Shown piece by piece: positions 59,100 through 64,000 of a DNA stretch of 64,000 nt. The translations under genes and the position numbers were made by a program. How positions within the stretch are numbered: the stretch's first letter is position 1; every line of letters begins with the position of its first letter. Below the pieces are notes generated by a model that was given only the letters and a program-made list of their open reading frames with translations, was not told the DNA's origin and ran no database searches. Origin of the DNA: Pseudomonadota bacterium (GTDB lineage: Bacteria > Campylobacterota > Campylobacteria > Campylobacterales > Sulfurimonadaceae). The stretch covers positions 1-64,000 of the forward strand of contig JAZDQA010000008.1 in the NCBI GenBank assembly GCA_043797085.1, written 5' to 3'.

Positions 59100-59897
59100 T
59101 CACTCATTTTGAGAATCTTGATCATTAAGAGCTATACGCTTGGCATACATGAAACGTTGCTTGTAGTATCCCTTGTCAATTGAGTCGTATTGTACTTTTT
59201 GTCCGGTAAAGGATGCGTGAATAATTTTTCCCTCACCCGCATATATTGCCACATGTGAAGGATCGGATTTGTAAGTACGGTAAAATAATAAATCACCCAC
59301 TTCTAAATCTTTGTAATTGACATCTTCACCGAGTTGTGCTTGTTCAGCTGCGCTGTGTGGAAGTGTAACCCCAAACTGACGATAGACTTGCTGGGTAAAC
59401 CCGGAACAGTCGGTACGATCCCCATCCTTATTTCCAAAGCCATAGGGGGTTCCTAAAAACTCTTTGGCTTTCGCCAAAACACGCCCTTTTATGGAACTTA
59501 AATTTGCAAAAAGTGATTTTTTTGGTTTTTCTTCTGTTTTTGCAGTATTCGTCAGGAGTATCGGATCGGGACAGCTGTTTAGTATTTCAACTTTGGGTGA
59601 TGAGGGTTTATTAATGACTAAATAGGGTAAGTCATTATTGCCGATAGAAGGTTTTTTAGGAAATACCGGAGTAGCTGCTATGGTTGGCGGTGTAATAATA
59701 TAGGGGGTTTGAGGTTTTGTCGGGGTAAGATTATGTATGATTTTTTTGAAAGGGTTTGGTTCATCTTGAGAGTTATCAGCGGATCGTGATAGTTCCCGTT
59801 CGTATTCTAAAAATAATGATGTTTCACGTTTTGGAGAATCAGCGAAAAGATGGGTGGAAAAAACGATAAATGTAATAATTAGATACCTGCTAATCAT
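59100..59897 (-). CDS. C40/NlpC-P60 peptidase
   Basis: Signal peptide, Pro-rich linker, LGTPY..DCSGF, GDLLF, HVAIY, IHAS; AGGAGG RBS before 59897. Confidence 0.88.
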   Translation of the reverse strand: MISRYLIITFIVFSTHLFADSPKRETSLFLEYERELSRSADNSQDEPNPFKKIIHNLTPTKPQTPYIITPPTIAATPVFPKKPSIGNNDLPYLVINKPSSPKVEILNSCPDPILLTNTAKTEEKPKKSLFANLSSIKGRVLAKAKEFLGTPYGFGNKDGDRTDCSGFTQQVYRQFGVTLPHSAAEQAQLGEDVNYKDLEVGDLLFYRTYKSDPSHVAIYAGEGKIIHASFTGQKVQYDSIDKGYYKQRFMYAKRIALNDQDSQNE

Positions 59898-60040
59898 CCA
59901 ACCTCCTGTATTCGTCACAATATAGTTTATTTCGAACCTCAACCATTATAAATCTAAAAAACTTTAGTTTTTATTATAATTTAATATTCTTGTCATGGCG
60001 TTATGGTACACTATCATTAAAAACAAACAGTAAATGAGGC

Positions 60041-60997
60041 ATGAATTTAGTGAAAGAAGCAATCGTACTTCTCAATATGGGTGGTCCCAATAATCTGCGT
60101 GAAGTAGAGATGTTTTTAACCAATATGTTTAATGATCCTGCGATTATTCGTACAAAAAGTGTCTTATTACGTCGTTTTATTGCTGGAATAATTACTCTTT
60201 CGCGTGCTGAAAAATCCCAAGAAATTTATCGTCAAATTGGTGGAAAATCACCCATAGTAGATTTAACAACGTCATTGGTTACTAAACTTCAAGCCGCAGT
60301 TGGTGAAGAGGTTATTGTTGATTTTGTGATGCGGTATACACCTCCTATGGCGGATGAGGTGATTAAAAAGCTGAAAAAAAGCGGTGTTGGAAAAGTATAT
60401 CTTATCCCTTTATTTCCGCAATATTCCACTACTACAACGGCGTCTTCCCTCGATGATTTTGAAGCCGTTTCTCGTAAAAATGAGTGGTATCCTATCATGG
60501 TAGAGTTAAAACATTTTTTTACTAATGATAAATATAATACTCTTCTGCTGACTCTTATTAAAGAAACGCTTGCTGATAATAATCCGAATGATTTTGAATT
60601 GATTTTTTCTGCTCACGGTTTGCCTCAAAAAATTGTCGATAGCGGAGACCCGTATCAGCGGCATGTAAGTGCTCATGTCGAGCTATTAAAAGATAAATTT
60701 CATAATGAAGGGATTTATTTTAGAGGAGTTCACTTGGCATATCAATCCAAAGTAGGTCCAATGAAATGGTTAGATCCCTCTCTTGAATCGATGCTGAAGA
60801 GTTTGAATACGAAAAAGGTGATTATCGTCCCTATCGCTTTTACGATTGATAATTCTGAAACCAACTATGAACTCTCAATGGAATACGCTGAAATTGCTCA
60901 TGAACTGGGCTATAGCGATTATCGTGTCTGTAAATGCCCTAACGACCATTCCCTCTTTGTTCAAACTCTCAAAGAACTTTTTGAAAAAATGCGATAA
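60041..60997 (+). CDS. hemH: Ferrochelatase
   Basis: LLNMGGP, GGKSP, PQYS, FSAHGLP, YQSKVGP, ET.YEL. Confidence 0.95.
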   Translation: MNLVKEAIVLLNMGGPNNLREVEMFLTNMFNDPAIIRTKSVLLRRFIAGIITLSRAEKSQEIYRQIGGKSPIVDLTTSLVTKLQAAVGEEVIVDFVMRYTPPMADEVIKKLKKSGVGKVYLIPLFPQYSTTTTASSLDDFEAVSRKNEWYPIMVELKHFFTNDKYNTLLLTLIKETLADNNPNDFELIFSAHGLPQKIVDSGDPYQRHVSAHVELLKDKFHNEGIYFRGVHLAYQSKVGPMKWLDPSLESMLKSLNTKKVIIVPIAFTIDNSETNYELSMEYAEIAHELGYSDYRVCKCPNDHSLFVQTLKELFEKMR

Positions 60998-60999
60998 TT

Positions 61000-61632
61000 A
61001 TGTCTAAAATAGTCATTTTTGATATGGACGGTACTCTGATAAATTCCAGTTTGGATATTACTCTCTCTATCAATCATGTACGTTTAGCGTGTTACTCTCT
61101 TGAGCCTCTAACGGAACAATTTGTGATTGATGCTATCAATGCACATGATCGTAACTTAACTTCTCTTTTTTATCAAACTCAAGAATATGAAATAAAAGCC
61201 AAAAAACTATTTGAATCCCACTACTACGATCAGTGCATACAAAATGTACATCCTTATCCCCAAATCAAAGAGACGCTTGAACATCTTCAATCCAGTGGAT
61301 GTCTCATGAGCGTTGCGACCAATGCTCCCAGTATCTTTGCTAAACGGATGTTGACTCATTTGGGTATTGCAGAGTATTTTAGTTGTATTATTGGTGCGGA
61401 TAATGTGGATCAACCAAAACCGCATCCTCAAATGATTGAATTGATTTTAAACCATCATGGTTACGATGTGTACAACGACCAAGCATGGATGATCGGTGAT
61501 AACAGTAAAGATATGCAAGCTGCCCGGAGTGCCAATGTCGGTACAATATTTGCTGCATGGGGATTTAGTGATACGGGAGTAGGTGATTATATCGCCTTCG
61601 CGCCATCGGAAATCAAATCGATTATTTTATAA
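61000..61632 (+). CDS. HAD-superfamily phosphatase (Gph-like)
   Basis: FDMDGTL, ATN, KPHP, IGDN..D. Confidence 0.88.
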   Translation: MSKIVIFDMDGTLINSSLDITLSINHVRLACYSLEPLTEQFVIDAINAHDRNLTSLFYQTQEYEIKAKKLFESHYYDQCIQNVHPYPQIKETLEHLQSSGCLMSVATNAPSIFAKRMLTHLGIAEYFSCIIGADNVDQPKPHPQMIELILNHHGYDVYNDQAWMIGDNSKDMQAARSANVGTIFAAWGFSDTGVGDYIAFAPSEIKSIIL

Positions 61633-61642
61633 GGAGCTTACT

Positions 61643-62878
61643 ATGTTTGAAGTAGATCTTTTGGTGTCAATCGTCATGATGTCGTTACTTTTTTTACGGC
61701 ATATCAGCGTTTATAAAGATCGCAATAAAATAAACTATACCCCTGTGGTGTTGGCGATTGGTTTTATTGGAGGACTTCTTCATTTTGTAATGCTGGGTGA
61801 TGGGACAGGATGGCTGTTGGTCTTGCGTGAATCAATGCTGACATTAACGGTAGGCATTGTCCTCTCAACGATTATGAGCGTTATGAGTCAAACGCAAAAT
61901 GCCCAAAATCAGTACACCAGTAACCTTCGTATTCAAACTATAGTGGATGAGGTAGAGCAGTTAAAACCTCTTTTTAGCACTATCAATACATCGCTTTCCC
62001 GTGTAACTCAAATGGAAAGCACGACACACGAACAACTAAAAAATATTTTTAGAGAAGAAATCGAAGCGCTGGGATCAATTTTGAATAATCAAAAGTTCTT
62101 TATCCAAAAAGTTGAGTCTGTTTTAGCCCAGCAACAGCTTGCGCAGGAAAAATTTGAAGAGTTTAGTCTCAGCGAGCTTCCGAGTCTGGACAATGTGGTT
62201 CACCGTCATATCGATTTATTGCGTATTGCAGAACAAGATCATTTTAATCAGCTTAAAAGTGTTATCAAGAGTTCCAGTGAAGAGAAAGTCGAAATTCATA
62301 ATGAATTCATTCAAATGAAACATGCTCTCGAAAAACTTCAAAAATCTCATTCGATTGATGGAGCGATGGGAGTTATGGAACATGAGTTCTCACGTATCAT
62401 TGCTGAATTCGCACGTCATATTCAAACCATTGGTTCAAAGAGTGAAAGCATCGTAACGACACTGCTGGAAAATGAAACCATACTCAAAGCTTCTCGTGAT
62501 CAAAGTGAATTGATAATGCAGCAAATGGTGTTGTCATCCAATCAGATGCGAGAAATGAATCACAACACCAAGGAGCTCAATGAGTCTTTGCGACCGCTTG
62601 GATCGCTTTTTGGATCGGCGGAGTCGTTGTTTAAAGAGTTTATGATGGCTAAAAGTACTTTATCTGAACTTATCGTTACTCTCGAATCGTATGAGAAACA
62701 TGAACATCGTGCTCTTCGTGAGCATTTGGAAAACGTTGCCAACAATGCAATTATACAAATGGAACTTTTTACTCAAAATATAGCAAAATTTGAGGAAACT
62801 CAACGTTTTGTTTCTCCCAAAGATGTACAGGAACTTTCCCATAAAGTGAAGCTTCACCAAAGCTACAATGGGGAATGA
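61643..62878 (+). CDS. Membrane protein with three TMs and a long coiled coil
   Basis: AAGGAG RBS, hydrophobic N-terminus, heptad-rich C-terminus. Confidence 0.7.
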   Translation: MFEVDLLVSIVMMSLLFLRHISVYKDRNKINYTPVVLAIGFIGGLLHFVMLGDGTGWLLVLRESMLTLTVGIVLSTIMSVMSQTQNAQNQYTSNLRIQTIVDEVEQLKPLFSTINTSLSRVTQMESTTHEQLKNIFREEIEALGSILNNQKFFIQKVESVLAQQQLAQEKFEEFSLSELPSLDNVVHRHIDLLRIAEQDHFNQLKSVIKSSSEEKVEIHNEFIQMKHALEKLQKSHSIDGAMGVMEHEFSRIIAEFARHIQTIGSKSESIVTTLLENETILKASRDQSELIMQQMVLSSNQMREMNHNTKELNESLRPLGSLFGSAESLFKEFMMAKSTLSELIVTLESYEKHEHRALREHLENVANNAIIQMELFTQNIAKFEETQRFVSPKDVQELSHKVKLHQSYNGE

Positions 62879-62929
62879 GAAACATTTGGATAAAATGCTA
62901 TTCGTAAAATAATAAAATATGGATAAATA

Positions 62930-63640
62930 ATGATTGAATACTATGAACAAGCCGATGAAGAGGGACAAAACTATCGAATAGAGGTAGATTTATCTCTAGT
63001 TGACGAGGTTCCTGATCTAGAAAAGCCTTGGTTACTATGGCTTTTTGTCAAAGTGGCTGACAGTGAAGATGCTGAGTTTATCGGCTTTAGAGATGACCTC
63101 ATTGTGACTCTTGATGCTCAAGTAGAAGCTGTGTATGCAGGTACTATTGTAAAAGATGGATGGTGTGAGCTTTATTTTTACGCATCTACGTCTAAAAAGT
63201 TTGAAAACATTACCTCGGATGTCATGGCTCGACATAGTAAATATGCTTACGAGCGTGGTTCTTCACGTGACACAAAATGGGAAATGTATCAGGAGCGTCT
63301 CTATCCTGAGCCTTTTGACCTTATCAGTATACAAAGCCGTCATACTCTCGAAGCACTTTTGGAAGAAGAGGATGATTTGTCTGTCCCTAGAGAAGTGGAA
63401 CATTATTTCTTTTTTCAAACGCCTACCGCGTTACAGCGTTTTGAAGCGTCAATGATTTCAGATGGATTTAGTCTCAAAGAGCATATTAATGATGATGAAA
63501 GTGATTATGTATATGGAGTGACTTTGACAAAAATGGAGTCTGTGACTCCAGAGCAAGTCAATGAAACGACATCAACGCTTTATGAATTAGTGATGCAAGA
63601 GCATGGTCATTATGAGGGCTGGAGCACGGTGCTTTCTTGA
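62930..63640 (+). CDS. DUF695 / RraB-like domain protein
   Basis: ELYFYA, DTKWEMY..LYP, DDLSVPREVEHY, GHYEGWST. Confidence 0.72.
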   Translation: MIEYYEQADEEGQNYRIEVDLSLVDEVPDLEKPWLLWLFVKVADSEDAEFIGFRDDLIVTLDAQVEAVYAGTIVKDGWCELYFYASTSKKFENITSDVMARHSKYAYERGSSRDTKWEMYQERLYPEPFDLISIQSRHTLEALLEEEDDLSVPREVEHYFFFQTPTALQRFEASMISDGFSLKEHINDDESDYVYGVTLTKMESVTPEQVNETTSTLYELVMQEHGHYEGWSTVLS

Positions 63641-64000
63641 AGCTCTCCCTTTGGAAGATGAAAGGGGTTCTCCCCTATTTAGCAGCCCTTTTTCTAAATG
63701 CTTTTACCGATTTAGGGCATAAGATACTCATCCAAAATACCGTTTTTAAAATCTATGACAATCAAGAACAAATCATACTTACCGCGATTTTAAATGCTTT
63801 TATCCTCCTCCCTTTTATCGTATTGTTTACTCCCGCAGGATTTTTGTCACAGCGTTTTTCACGTTCTCATGTCATGCGCTATGGTGCACTTTCTGCTATA
63901 TTTATCACATTGGGAATTACGCTTGCTTATTATCAAGGATGGTTTTGGTGCGCTTTTGCCTTTACGCTTCTTCTTGGGGTGCAAGCTGCATTGTATTCAC
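63637..64000 (+). CDS. aas: Aas/LplT-type MFS protein (3'-partial; start TTG 63637 or ATG 63658)
   Basis: FLNAFTDLGHKILIQNTVFK...LLPFIVLFTPAGFLS...QAALYS, as in the MFS N-terminus of Campylobacterota Aas. Confidence 0.75.
   Translation, partial: MKLSLWKMKGVLPYLAALFLNAFTDLGHKILIQNTVFKIYDNQEQIILTAILNAFILLPFIVLFTPAGFLSQRFSRSHVMRYGALSAIFITLGITLAYYQGWFWCAFAFTLLLGVQAALYS

Overview
A 64-kb chromosomal window from a Campylobacterota (Epsilonproteobacteria) bacterium. Gene content and order (bioV, a CiaD-like gene, Campylobacter-type dapD, COG3400, and the aroB-mscS-mtaB-ftsH-like-bioV-mog-leuD-leuB run) suggest a free-living Sulfuricurvum/Sulfurimonas-like organism; this assignment is inference. The first ~31 kb is a c-di-GMP biofilm region with four parts: (1) the 3' part of a giant LapA-like RTX adhesin; (2) a complete, rearranged Pel exopolysaccharide operon (pelC-D-E-F-G-A-B) in which PelB is split in two and the second part carries a SPOR-like domain; (3) lapG-lapD; (4) a TonB-dependent receptor-YfiR-like-HAMP/GGDEF/EAL operon plus a tandem GGDEF/EAL paralog. 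A small cargo (LprI-like gene, REP-like hairpin, ParE-type toxin-antitoxin pair) sits at the 3' end of ygiQ, and a diverged copy of that 3' end follows it. The rest is mostly housekeeping. It also holds a lone CI/LexA-type repressor facing a 27-aa ORF across a palindrome, several small ORFs missed by the ORF track, and a glyS whose 3' half is AT-rich and divergent. No rRNA, tRNA, CRISPR array, transposase or integrase was recognised.
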